Shown: piece after piece, positions 27,644-37,027 of the stretch
How the letters are laid out: every line of letters starts with the position of its first letter
Numbering within the stretch: position 1 is the first letter of the stretch
From: Elusimicrobiota bacterium
Lineage (GTDB): Bacteria; Elusimicrobiota; Endomicrobiia; CG1-02-37-114; JAHJSO01
Direction: 5' to 3'
Length of the DNA: 64,000 nucleotides
Assembly: GCA_043826435.1 (NCBI GenBank)
Contig: JBDRQF010000044.1
Location: 1 to 64,000, forward strand
Translations under genes and position numbers: made by a program
Notes under the pieces: generated by a model
The model's input: only the letters and a program-made list of their open reading frames with translations
Told to the model about the DNA's origin: nothing
Database searches by the model: none

Positions 27644-29974
27644 ATGAACGTTATAGGTGTTTCCGTCGCCAGAAACGACGCGCAGGAAAAGGTTGCCGGG
27701 ACTGCAAAATACATAGACGACTACGCGTTCGGCAATATGCTCTACGGCGCCACGGTGCGGTCTTCCGTTGCCTGCGGCAAAATCCTGTCAATAGACACCG
27801 CCCCTGCGTTGAAAATCAGCGGCGTTGCAGGGGTATTTACTTACCGGGATGTCCCCGGGAAAAACAGCGTGCCTCTCGTCTTCGGCGATTATCCCTTCCT
27901 GGCAGAAAACAACGTCTTGTTCTACGGCCAACCTGTCGCCCTCCTCGTAGCGGACAGCGAAGAAACGGCAAGACATGCCGCCCGGCAGGTCAGGGTGGAA
28001 TACGAGAAAGCCCCCGCCGTTTTCGATGTGTTAGAGGCGCTCAAAAAGGACTCTCCTAAAATTTACGGCGATGACAACGTTTTCAAAAAATACGACATCA
28101 TAAAAGGCGACATAGCAAAGGGCTTTAAGGATGCCGACGTCCGGGTTGAAGACGTATTCACGACAAACTACCAGGTGCACTGCTACATGGAACCGCAGGG
28201 GATGGTCGCCGACCCCCAGCCCGACGGCGGAATGGCGGTATACGGTACGATGCAGTGCCCGTTTTACGTGCACGATGCCGTGGCTGCCATACTGGGCGTT
28301 TCACAGAACAGGGTAAAAATCGTCCAGACGACCACGGGCGGCGCTTTCGGCGGCAAGGAAGACGTCCCCTCCGTGGTGGCGGGACACTCTGCTCTCCTTG
28401 CCCATCTCACCAAAAGGCCGGTGAAAATTATTTATACGCGAGAAGAGGACTTCCACTCAATGTCCAAAAGGCATCCCAGCCGGGTGGAAATAAAATATGG
28501 CGCGAAAAAAAACGGAAAGATAACCGCATGCAGCGTGAGGTACATTCTGGATGCCGGGGCATTTTCCACTCTTTCCCCGATTGTTTTATGGCGCGGGGCG
28601 GTTCATTCCGCCGGGCCTTATGACATACCCAACGTGAAAATAGAAGCCCTTGCCGTCGCAACCAACAAGGTTCCCTGCGGTGCGTTCCGCGGTTTTGGCC
28701 AGCCGCAGGCGACATTTGCAAACGAATCCCTTATTGATAAACTTGCGGAAAAACTTTCTATATCGCCGCTCAAACTCCGACGGCTAAACATGCTCGGGAT
28801 AGGTTTAGAGACAGCAACGGGACAGAAAATTGAAAAAAGCTGCGGGTTTAAAAAAGTCATAGATACCGTCGTTGAAAAAGCGAAGTGGGATAAAATTTAT
28901 CTCCCCCCTGAAAAACGCTCGGGGCGGGTAAAGACGGGCATAGGAGTCGCGGCGGCATTTTACGGCGTGGGACTCGGCGCCGGCGGCCGCCACCTTGACC
29001 GCGCCGGCTCATATGTCCAGATTCAGAAAGACGGCGCCGTCCTGGTTGCGATAGGCAATACCGAGATGGGCCAGGGACTGCTTACCGTTGTGTCCCAGAT
29101 AGCGGCGGAAGCGCTGGGCGCCCCGTATGATTTTATAAAAGTGATGCTGCCGGACACAACCAGGGTGCCTGACAGCGGACCGACGGTTGCATCCCGTTCC
29201 ACGCTGATGTCGGGGAACGCGGTAAAAAATGCATGTGAAATCATACGCAGAAACATAGACAGGACTGTCCTCGGTATGGCCGGCGTCCGGAAAGGCGCGT
29301 CCTATAAAGGCGAGGTCTGTTCCGACGGCAAGAATTATTTCATAAAGGGCGCTCCGAAAAAGAAAATTAATTATTTTGAACTTGTGAAGAAGTGTTATGC
29401 GGCAAGGGTAAACCTTTCCTCCAACGGCTGGTACACGGGCGAGGAGGTTGATTTTTCCGACGTCACCGGCCAGGGGAAGGCGTATTACGTCTATACCTAT
29501 TCGGCGACGGTAGCGATTGTCAGCGTCAATACGGAAACGGGCGAGGTGGACGTGAAAAAGATAGTCAGCGGGCATGACATCGGCAGGGCCATAAACCCGC
29601 AGCAGTGCGAGGGACAGATTGAGGGCGGGGTCATGCAGGCAGCCGGCTATGCGCTGACGGAAAATCTTGTACTGAAGGACGGCATTATACAAAATCCCAA
29701 TTTTGCCGGCTACCTTATCCCCACCCCTGATGACGTGCCTGAAATCGTTCCCGTAATCGTGGAAGAGGCGTATAGTGACGGCCCTTACGGGGCGAAGGGA
29801 TTGGGTGAATCACCGATGATAACGCCTGCTGCGGCGATAGCAAATGCCATATACAATGCCACGGGTTGGCGCGTTTACTCTTTGCCGGCGACCCCTGAGG
29901 TTTTAACCGCCCTTCGGGCAAACTTTAACCATGGGAGAAGACATAAGATTTGTACTGAACGGAAAAAGGGTTGA
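27644..29974 (+). CDS. Xanthine dehydrogenase-family molybdopterin-binding subunit 2
   Basis: GGAFGGK, AFRGFG, EMGQG, SGPTVASR, QIEGG, AKGLGE. Confidence 0.93.
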   Translation: MNVIGVSVARNDAQEKVAGTAKYIDDYAFGNMLYGATVRSSVACGKILSIDTAPALKISGVAGVFTYRDVPGKNSVPLVFGDYPFLAENNVLFYGQPVALLVADSEETARHAARQVRVEYEKAPAVFDVLEALKKDSPKIYGDDNVFKKYDIIKGDIAKGFKDADVRVEDVFTTNYQVHCYMEPQGMVADPQPDGGMAVYGTMQCPFYVHDAVAAILGVSQNRVKIVQTTTGGAFGGKEDVPSVVAGHSALLAHLTKRPVKIIYTREEDFHSMSKRHPSRVEIKYGAKKNGKITACSVRYILDAGAFSTLSPIVLWRGAVHSAGPYDIPNVKIEALAVATNKVPCGAFRGFGQPQATFANESLIDKLAEKLSISPLKLRRLNMLGIGLETATGQKIEKSCGFKKVIDTVVEKAKWDKIYLPPEKRSGRVKTGIGVAAAFYGVGLGAGGRHLDRAGSYVQIQKDGAVLVAIGNTEMGQGLLTVVSQIAAEALGAPYDFIKVMLPDTTRVPDSGPTVASRSTLMSGNAVKNACEIIRRNIDRTVLGMAGVRKGASYKGEVCSDGKNYFIKGAPKKKINYFELVKKCYAARVNLSSNGWYTGEEVDFSDVTGQGKAYYVYTYSATVAIVSVNTETGEVDVKKIVSGHDIGRAINPQQCEGQIEGGVMQAAGYALTENLVLKDGIIQNPNFAGYLIPTPDDVPEIVPVIVEEAYSDGPYGAKGLGESPMITPAAAIANAIYNATGWRVYSLPATPEVLTALRANFNHGRRHKICTERKKG

Positions 29975-30446
29975 GGTTACGGTCAACCCGCTAAAATCAC
30001 TCCTCCGTGTTCTGAGAGAGGACTTGCGCCGTACGGATGTCAAGGCGGGCTGCGAACAGGGGGAGTGCGGCAGTTGCACGGTTATCGTGGACGGTAAAAC
30101 GATTAATTCCTGCCTGTATCCCGCCGGTCAGGCGGACGGCAAACAGGTTACAACAATCGCAGGACTGAACGATGAGAGGGAGACGCAACTTATCCAGAAG
30201 GCATACATAGAGGAAGGGGCTGTGCAGTGCGGTTTCTGCACGCCCGGGCTCATACTTGTGACCAGAGTCCTGCTTGATAAAAACCCGTCGCCCGGAGAAG
30301 CCGAGATACGGGTGGCAATATCCGGCAACCTGTGCCGCTGTACGGGCTATAAGAAAATATTCAACGCGGTAAAGAGGGCAGCAAAATATTTGGGAAAAGG
30401 CGAAAAACCGCTCCCGCGCAAAACGGCGTTACGGAAAATACAATGA
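29931..30446 (+). CDS. 2Fe-2S subunit 2
   Basis: GCEQGECGSC, QCGFCTPG, NLCRCTGY. Confidence 0.93.
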   Translation: MGEDIRFVLNGKRVEVTVNPLKSLLRVLREDLRRTDVKAGCEQGECGSCTVIVDGKTINSCLYPAGQADGKQVTTIAGLNDERETQLIQKAYIEEGAVQCGFCTPGLILVTRVLLDKNPSPGEAEIRVAISGNLCRCTGYKKIFNAVKRAAKYLGKGEKPLPRKTALRKIQ

Positions 30447-30513
30447 AATAGGAGCGTCCTCGCTTCGCTCGTCCGCTCGTGCATGGATGTGCGGAGCACT
30501 TTACTATATTACT

Positions 30514-31386
30514 ATGAGTATATGCACCCCTGAATACATTAAAGTCCGGACGGTCTCTGAAATCCGGGAAAAGATCCCTGGCGATAAAAAAACATATTTT
30601 CTCGCAGGCGGGACAGACCTGATGTGCTACATCCGTGAAGGGCTCATAGATAGTGAAAAGAGCTGTCTCGTGGACATAAGTAAAATTGACGGGCTCAACG
30701 GCATTGAGGAAGAAACTGACCGCATCGTAATCGGGGCGATGACTACCTTCCGTGAAATTTCGGAGAATGAAAGCATTAAAAAATGGTGCCCCGGACTGGC
30801 TCTTGCGGCGAGGTCAATCGGGACGCCTCAAATCGCAAACAGGGCGACAATAGGCGGGAATATAGGGAATGCATCGCCGTCGGGCGACTCCATCCCGTCA
30901 CTCATCACCCACAATGCCGTTTTGAAAATTGCAGGCAGTTCGGGCGAAAGAGAGGTTGATATTTCAGGTATTTTTACAGGCCCGAAAAAAACCATCCTTG
31001 CGAATGGCGAGATAATCACTTCCGTTTTGATACCTAAGTTAAAAGTCAAAGACGGTTCCGCCCTCCGCGGGACGTTTATAAAAATCGGCGGCAGGAAATC
31101 GCACATAATATCCAAGGCGTCCGTAGCCGTCCTTGCGGCAGTCGCCGGCAGGATAATCATCGCGGCGAGAGTCGCTTTCGGCGCAGTCGGGCCGGTCGTA
31201 ATAAACGCGGAATCCGTTTCCCGTATTTTAGAGAATAACGCGGTTACCCCTGAGTTGATGGAAAAATGCGCCGTTGAAATCCGCAGGATTATTTCTCCAA
31301 TTGACGATTTCAGGTCATCCGCCGCCTACAGGAGAGAAGTGCTCCCGCTTCTGTTTGCGCGGGCAATGGACGAAATCACAGGATGA
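30514..31386 (+). CDS. FAD-binding subunit (CoxM/XdhB-like)
   Basis: LAGGTDL, ATIGGNIGNASP.GD, PIDDFRSSAAYR; start could be 30487. Confidence 0.92.
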   Translation: MSICTPEYIKVRTVSEIREKIPGDKKTYFLAGGTDLMCYIREGLIDSEKSCLVDISKIDGLNGIEEETDRIVIGAMTTFREISENESIKKWCPGLALAARSIGTPQIANRATIGGNIGNASPSGDSIPSLITHNAVLKIAGSSGEREVDISGIFTGPKKTILANGEIITSVLIPKLKVKDGSALRGTFIKIGGRKSHIISKASVAVLAAVAGRIIIAARVAFGAVGPVVINAESVSRILENNAVTPELMEKCAVEIRRIISPIDDFRSSAAYRREVLPLLFARAMDEITG

Positions 31387-32015
31387 ACAACATCACCTCT
31401 CTATACGGAATAATTCTTTCTGCAGGCCCGGGTTCCCGCCTGAAAGGAGCGGTAAAGGCGCTCTTAAAAACCGGCGGAAAAACGTTTATAGAAAAAATAA
31501 TATCGGCAATGCGGAAGTGCGGCGTCGGCAATATTATCGTTGTGCTTGGGTATAAAGCCGGGACGGTAACAAGATACCTGAAAAGGAATAAGTCCTCACG
31601 GGGGGTCCGGGTTTTAATAAACAAAAATTATTCCGCGCAACAGGCTGCGACTGGGTCGCAACAAATAGATTCGCTCCGCATTGCGGTCCGGACACTGCCC
31701 GCGGAATGCAGCGGGATAATCTTTACCCCTGTGGACCACCCGCTGACGAAGTTATCAACCTACAAAAAACTGATAAACGGCTGGCTGAAAGACAAGGAAA
31801 AGATATGCGTCCCCAGTTGGAATTACAGGAAGGGCCATCCGACGATCTTTCCCAGAAAAATATTTGAAATGCTTTTAAGAAAAAATGTCCGGGGCGGCGC
31901 CAGGTACTTTATCAAAAAGTACGGCAAAGAAGTAAATTTCATCCGGGTTAACGATAAAAACATCATCGTTGATTTTGACGGCCCGGAAGATTTACCCCGA
32001 AGATTTACCCGGTAG
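31383..32015 (+). CDS. mocA: Molybdenum cofactor cytidylyltransferase-like NTP transferase
   Basis: ILSAG.GSR, KALL, PVDHP, GHPTIF, GGAR, VDFDGPED; context. Confidence 0.8.
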   Translation: MNNITSLYGIILSAGPGSRLKGAVKALLKTGGKTFIEKIISAMRKCGVGNIIVVLGYKAGTVTRYLKRNKSSRGVRVLINKNYSAQQAATGSQQIDSLRIAVRTLPAECSGIIFTPVDHPLTKLSTYKKLINGWLKDKEKICVPSWNYRKGHPTIFPRKIFEMLLRKNVRGGARYFIKKYGKEVNFIRVNDKNIIVDFDGPEDLPRRFTR

Positions 32016-32037
32016 ATTAAAAAATAGGAGAACGTCT

Positions 32038-32853
32038 ATGAAAGATATTTATGCCGAAATTGCGCTGTTACGCGAAAACAACCGGCCGTTCGTTTTAACC
32101 ACGCTCGTGAATACTTCCGACTCCGTCCCGCAGTCCGTCGGCGCAAAGATGGTAGTTCTTCCGGATGGTAAAATTTTCGGAACTATCGGCGGGGGGTGTC
32201 TTGAGAAAAATGTAATACGGGAAGCAAAAAAACTTATGGCGGCCGGGGCCGAGAAAACACTGAAAATTGTTTACAATCTGTCGGGGGAACGCCACCCGAA
32301 AGAAAATGTCTCCCTCGGTATGCTGTGCGGCGGCCAGGCGGAGATTATGTTTGAGGTGTTTGCTTCAAAACTGGATCTGGTAATATGCGGGGCGGGGCAT
32401 ATAGCGGAAAAACTTGCCGCCGTTTCGGATATGCTGAATCTTTCCTACGCGGTCATAGATAACAGGCAGGAATTCGCCTCCAAAGACAGGTTTCCGGGCG
32501 CATCCGCAGTTATATGCGGGGATTTCCCGAAGGCAATCAAGGGGCTGGAAATTACCGGGCATACCTCAATCGTTATCGTAACGTACGGGCATGTCCATGA
32601 TTATGAATGTCTTGAGGCATCACTGACGACGCCTGCGTTTTACATCGGTATGATCGGTAGCAGAAACAAGGCAAAAGAACTTTTTGCGCGGTTAAAAAAC
32701 AAGAAGATAAAAATTACCGGCAACGTTTACTCGCCGGTCGGGCTTGATGTCGGAGGGAATTCACCCGCCGAGATATCAATAAGCATAATCTCGGAAATTC
32801 TGAAAATTAAGTATGGAACGACGGGAAAATCACTCCGGCTTGAAAAAATATAA
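32038..32853 (+). CDS. xdhC: XdhC/CoxI Moco-insertion chaperone
   Basis: GTIGGGCLE, GMLCGG, GAGHIA, YIGMIGS, PVGLDVGG.SPAEI; start moved to ATG 32038. Confidence 0.92.
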   Translation: MKDIYAEIALLRENNRPFVLTTLVNTSDSVPQSVGAKMVVLPDGKIFGTIGGGCLEKNVIREAKKLMAAGAEKTLKIVYNLSGERHPKENVSLGMLCGGQAEIMFEVFASKLDLVICGAGHIAEKLAAVSDMLNLSYAVIDNRQEFASKDRFPGASAVICGDFPKAIKGLEITGHTSIVIVTYGHVHDYECLEASLTTPAFYIGMIGSRNKAKELFARLKNKKIKITGNVYSPVGLDVGGNSPAEISISIISEILKIKYGTTGKSLRLEKI

Positions 32854-32879
32854 TTTACCCCGAATCACTACCCCAAGAA

Positions 32880-33131
32880 TCATCCGCCGCCGACAGGCAT
32901 CAGTATCGTAACCCTGGCCGGACCGTCAATTCTTTCCGAGAGGTCTTCCACTTTTCTGCCGTTTGACATGAGGGTGAGATACTTTACGTGGACGGGTGAG
33001 AATTTCAGGTGACTGATAAGAAGTTGCCTGTAAGTCGTGCTCTCCGGTACATTGAGGGTGACCCTGTTCCCCTTGTTCTTCTTCCGAAGATGTAAAGCCC
33101 CGAAGGCCTCACACTCAATCCTGTACTTCAT
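32880..33131 (-). CDS. MoaD/ThiS-like ubiquitin-fold protein
   Basis: 83 aa; FGAL near the N-terminus, NG, C-terminal PVGGG. Confidence 0.75.
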   Translation of the reverse strand: MKYRIECEAFGALHLRKKNKGNRVTLNVPESTTYRQLLISHLKFSPVHVKYLTLMSNGRKVEDLSERIDGPARVTILMPVGGG

Positions 33132-35446
33132 TTTTTACCTTTTATCGCTCCAAGAACGGATTCGGGCAAAAAGGGCGTCTTGTACAAACGCGCCCCAACC
33201 GCATCGTAAATGGCATTTGCAATTACGGGGCAGGGACCGTTTATTCCGATTTCAGAAACACTCTTTGCCCCGAACGGGCCGGTCGGCTCGTAGGTAGGCA
33301 CCAGAATTGTTTTTATCTCAGGCAGATCGCGCGTAGAAAAGATTTTATAGTAATCAAAGTTGGGGTTCAGCATCCGCCCCTTTTCGTTAAATATAAACCT
33401 CTCGCAGAGGGCATAGGAAATGCCGTTCAGGACAGCCCCTTCCACCTGGCCTTCCGCCGATACCGGGTTAATGGCGGTCCCGCAATCAACCGCAGCGACG
33501 TACTTTATCACCCTCACTTTGCCGGTTAACGTGTCAACTTCAACTTCGCCAAAATGCGCCGAGAAAGGCGGGGGCGACTTGTGGGTAACGTGGGAGGCGC
33601 TGTCCATTATCTGGTGCTGGTGTTTTGTATAAAGAGAATAATGCCCGATTTCTGTAAACGTGACCCTGCCGTTTTTACCGACTACGACTGCGTTTTCCGC
33701 TTTCAGGTTTTCCATAGGTTCATTCATCATTTCCGACGCAACCTTCAGTATCTGGTCCTTCACCTTTTGCGCGGCTTTTATTACCGCCTGTCCTGAAAGA
33801 TACGTTGTGCTTGATGCGTATGCCCCGACGTCAAACGGCGTTAAATCGGTATCGGATGAATAAACGATTATGTTTTCCGTTTCAGTGGCCAGCACTTCTG
33901 CGGCAATCTGTGCCATTACCGTGTCTGAGCCCGTCCCGAGGTCGGTGGCGCCAAGCAGCAGGTTAAAGGAACCGTCTTCATTCATTTTAATAAAGACGGA
34001 GCCCATATCAATTTCGGGTATGGAAGAGCCCTGCATCAGTATCGCCATACCGACGCCGCGCCTGTACCTACCGTCCTGTTTTTTGTGCCTCCTGCCGTAC
34101 CAGTCAATTTCCTTCGCCCCCAATTCAATGCATTTATCAAGCCCGCAGGATGTTATGTTTTGCTCAACTCCCTCAACCCCCTCGCCCAGGGCTGCGAAAA
34201 CGGGCGAGGTTTCCCCCACCTGTATGTGGATTTTCTTGCACCACTCTACGACGTCAACGCCTATCTTCTCCGCCATTTCATCAAGCTGTACCCCCATGGC
34301 GAAATAACCCTCCGTTGCGCCGTAACCACGGTAAGCCCCTCCTACGGGCAGGTTGGTATAGACCACGTCCCCTTCAAATAAAACGTTCGGACATTTGATT
34401 AGCGGAAGAATCTTGCTTCCCGTGTTGCAGAGTATCGTCAGCCCGTGCGACCCGTATGCTCCGTTGTTCTGAATTATCCTCATATCAATCGCGGATACGG
34501 TCCCGTCCTTTTTTATACCTGTTTGCAGTTTGATTATCTGCGGATGCCTGCACCGTGAGGAAACGAACTCTTCTTTCCTTGTGTACTTCAGGCATACCGC
34601 CTGGCCGGCTTTCAGTGCAATTGCGGTGACAAGCGGTTCTATCAAAACTTCCTGCTTTACGCCAAACCCTCCGCCTATCCTGGGTTTTATCACCCTGATT
34701 TTTCGGATGGGGATGTTTAATGATCTTGCGACGATTCTACGGACGTGGAACGGCACCTGTGTGCTGGTTAAAATTACGATTCTACCGTGCGCGTCAAAGT
34801 AAACAGTCGTGATGTGCGGTTCAATAGGGGTGTGCTGGGCGTAGTGGATATCGTATTCATGCTCAACGACGTAATCCGCTTCCTTCAGCCCGGCTTTAAC
34901 ATCCCCTATATTTATGTCAACGTGGGCGCATATATTCTTTTTGGGTTCATACGCAAGAGGCAACGGCATGTGCGCCTCTTTTTCGTCGTGTATTACAGGG
35001 GCGCCCTTTTTGGTTGAGTTCCTCGGGTCAAAAACCGGTTCCAGAATTTCATAGTCAACTTTTATCAACTCAAGCGCCCTGGCGGCGATTTCCTCGGTTT
35101 CCGCTGCAACCGCCGCCACCCTGTCCCCGACGTATCTTACTTTGTCGTCAAGTATAAATGAATCATACGGGGACGGTTCCGGCGCTCCCTGCCCCGCGGT
35201 TGTAAACGGGATTCTCGGCACGTCCCTGTAGGTAAGGACCGCCTTTACTCCGGGCAGTTTTTCGGCTTTGGCTGTATCTATACTTTTTATCCTGGCATGG
35301 GCGTGAGGGCTCCATAAGATCTTTGCCCAGAGCATGTCCGGGACGGCAAAATCAGCTACAAACTGCGGCTGCCCGGTTACGAGCGCCTGGCCGTCAACCT
35401 TTATTTTACTTTTTCCTACCTCTTTGAAGTTATTTGTTTCTTCCAT
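33128..35446 (-). CDS. Molybdopterin-binding subunit 3 (XdhD/YgfN-like)
   Basis: STQVPFH, GGGFGVKQ, AYRGYG, GAYASSTTY, GAKSVSEI; start moved to ATG 35446. Confidence 0.92.
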   Translation of the reverse strand: MEETNNFKEVGKSKIKVDGQALVTGQPQFVADFAVPDMLWAKILWSPHAHARIKSIDTAKAEKLPGVKAVLTYRDVPRIPFTTAGQGAPEPSPYDSFILDDKVRYVGDRVAAVAAETEEIAARALELIKVDYEILEPVFDPRNSTKKGAPVIHDEKEAHMPLPLAYEPKKNICAHVDINIGDVKAGLKEADYVVEHEYDIHYAQHTPIEPHITTVYFDAHGRIVILTSTQVPFHVRRIVARSLNIPIRKIRVIKPRIGGGFGVKQEVLIEPLVTAIALKAGQAVCLKYTRKEEFVSSRCRHPQIIKLQTGIKKDGTVSAIDMRIIQNNGAYGSHGLTILCNTGSKILPLIKCPNVLFEGDVVYTNLPVGGAYRGYGATEGYFAMGVQLDEMAEKIGVDVVEWCKKIHIQVGETSPVFAALGEGVEGVEQNITSCGLDKCIELGAKEIDWYGRRHKKQDGRYRRGVGMAILMQGSSIPEIDMGSVFIKMNEDGSFNLLLGATDLGTGSDTVMAQIAAEVLATETENIIVYSSDTDLTPFDVGAYASSTTYLSGQAVIKAAQKVKDQILKVASEMMNEPMENLKAENAVVVGKNGRVTFTEIGHYSLYTKHQHQIMDSASHVTHKSPPPFSAHFGEVEVDTLTGKVRVIKYVAAVDCGTAINPVSAEGQVEGAVLNGISYALCERFIFNEKGRMLNPNFDYYKIFSTRDLPEIKTILVPTYEPTGPFGAKSVSEIGINGPCPVIANAIYDAVGARLYKTPFLPESVLGAIKGKK

Positions 35447-35909
35447 TCCTAATCCGTTCAGATGCCAGTTTAACGGCATCTATAATTTTCACGTAGCCCG
35501 TGCACCTGCACAGGTTACCATCCAGGGACTCCAGGATTTCATTTTCCGACGGGGACGGTGTTTTGTCCAAAAGCGCCTTTGTGCTTAAAACCATCCCGGG
35601 TGTACAATACCCGCACTGCACCGCGCCCTTTTCAAGAAATGACTGCTGGATTACGCCCAGGTTGTTGGGTTTTCCAAGGCCTTCAATGGTCGTTATTTTT
35701 TTGTTTTCGGCGCGGAAAACCGGGAAGAGACAGGCGTTGACCGGCTTGTTATTTATTAGGATAACGCATGCCCCGCACTGGCCGGCCTTGCATCCCTCTT
35801 TCGTACCGGTGCGCCCGTTTTTACGCAGTACGTCCAGCAGGGGCTCCGTATAATCGTCAGCCGCCAGTTCCCTCTGCCGGCCGTTCAGGTTTGTTTTGAT
35901 TTTAATCAT
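35430..35909 (-). CDS. 2Fe-2S subunit 3
   Basis: GCKAGQCGAC, QCGYCTPG, NLCRCTGY; start moved to ATG 35909. Confidence 0.93.
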   Translation of the reverse strand: MIKIKTNLNGRQRELAADDYTEPLLDVLRKNGRTGTKEGCKAGQCGACVILINNKPVNACLFPVFRAENKKITTIEGLGKPNNLGVIQQSFLEKGAVQCGYCTPGMVLSTKALLDKTPSPSENEILESLDGNLCRCTGYVKIIDAVKLASERIRNGRNK

Positions 35910-35916
35910 AAAGGTT

Positions 35917-36750
35917 TTAACGGGGCATGCTCTGTTTCTTTGCTTTAAGAACATCGGTTACCAGGACCCCGAGCAACTCTCTCTTATATTCGGCGGTAGC
36001 GCGGATATCATTGCTTATTGCAGCCGATTCTCTGATAACCTTTACGGCAACACCCGTATTTTCTCCGTTTAATTCCCTGCCGGACAGATATTTCTCGGCA
36101 TCCAAAAATCTCTGAGGCAGGAGCGTCAACCCCGTCGCCACAAGCCGTATATGTTCTATTTTCCCGTTCCTGACGCTGTACAGCGCCCCGACGCTTATAA
36201 GCGGATAATCCGTCTCCGTCAGGGAAAATTTGTTCCACTCTGCATCAGCGTTCCTGTAAGCGAGAGGAATTCTGATTTCCGTAACTATATCCCTGCCGAG
36301 CAGGGCTTTCGGCTGGGTTGAGAAAAAATGAGATGCGTCATATTTCTTCCTGCCGGCCGTTACAATCTCGGCGTCCGTCAGCAGTAAAAGGCCCGGGATA
36401 GCCGACCACGGGCGGATACCGACAATGTTGCCGCCGACCGTAATAAGATTCCTGTTGGGCGTTGAGGCGATGGTTTTTGCGCATGAAACTATCAGCCCGT
36501 TAAAGAGTTTACTGACTGCGGGAGATTCCGTCAATTCGGAAATTGTTGTCATCGCCCCGACCCTTAACGTCCTGCCTTCTCTTTTTATGTAATTAAGCCC
36601 GAGACCCTCCATGTCAATGTAGGAAACGTCGCCCGCAGGGCTGAGCATCAGAGTTGTCCCCCCCGCAAACGGGACAACCTTTCCCTTGCCGCCCCTTAAA
36701 ATTTTAACTGCCTCTGATAAGTCCCCGGGCTTGCATATTTTAGTACACAT
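35917..36750 (-). CDS. FAD-binding subunit (YgfM/CoxM-like)
   Basis: FAGGT, RVGAMTT, RN.ITVGGN, DIRATAEYK. Confidence 0.88.
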   Translation of the reverse strand: MCTKICKPGDLSEAVKILRGGKGKVVPFAGGTTLMLSPAGDVSYIDMEGLGLNYIKREGRTLRVGAMTTISELTESPAVSKLFNGLIVSCAKTIASTPNRNLITVGGNIVGIRPWSAIPGLLLLTDAEIVTAGRKKYDASHFFSTQPKALLGRDIVTEIRIPLAYRNADAEWNKFSLTETDYPLISVGALYSVRNGKIEHIRLVATGLTLLPQRFLDAEKYLSGRELNGENTGVAVKVIRESAAISNDIRATAEYKRELLGVLVTDVLKAKKQSMPR

Positions 36751-36760
36751 AAAAAATTCT

Positions 36761-36946
36761 CCTAAGCGTGCGTCAACTATTTAGTGCCCTGCTATCCACT
36801 TCATAAGTTAGCCAAAATAATAAATAAAACATTCCCGTCGGTTGTTTATTTGGCCTAAGCGTGCGTCAACTATTTAGTGCCCTGCTATCCACTTCATAAG
36901 TTAGCCAAAACAATAAATAAAACATTCCAATCGGTTGCTTATTTCG
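36761..36946 (-). repeat. Two tandem 93-bp copies forming the 5' leader of the minus-strand Mo-hydroxylase operon
   Basis: 36761-36853 vs 36854-36946: five differences; the first 57 bp are identical. Confidence 0.95.
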
Positions 36947-36954
36947 CCTCGCAA

Positions 36955-36983
36955 ATTATAATAAAAATAAGAAAATTTGTCAA
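36955..36983 (-). promoter_or_regulatory. Consensus sigma70 promoter
   Basis: TTGACA(36983-36978)-17 bp-TATAAT(36960-36955). Confidence 0.8.
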
Positions 36984-37027
36984 GCACTGCTTCCCGGGGG
37001 TAGACATGTCAGTGGGTAGGCATGTCA

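Noticed and set aside
21046..36750. Selenocysteine recoding in the Mo enzymes
   Set aside because: All subunits are full length without in-frame TGA; no selD/yqeB/yqeC in the window.
36761..36946. Purine riboswitch or assembly artefact
   Set aside because: Fragments GUGGAUA and GGGCAC..UAAAU recall xpt-type aptamers, but the UUUCUACC core and three-way junction are absent. Five differences between the copies argue against an assembly duplicate.
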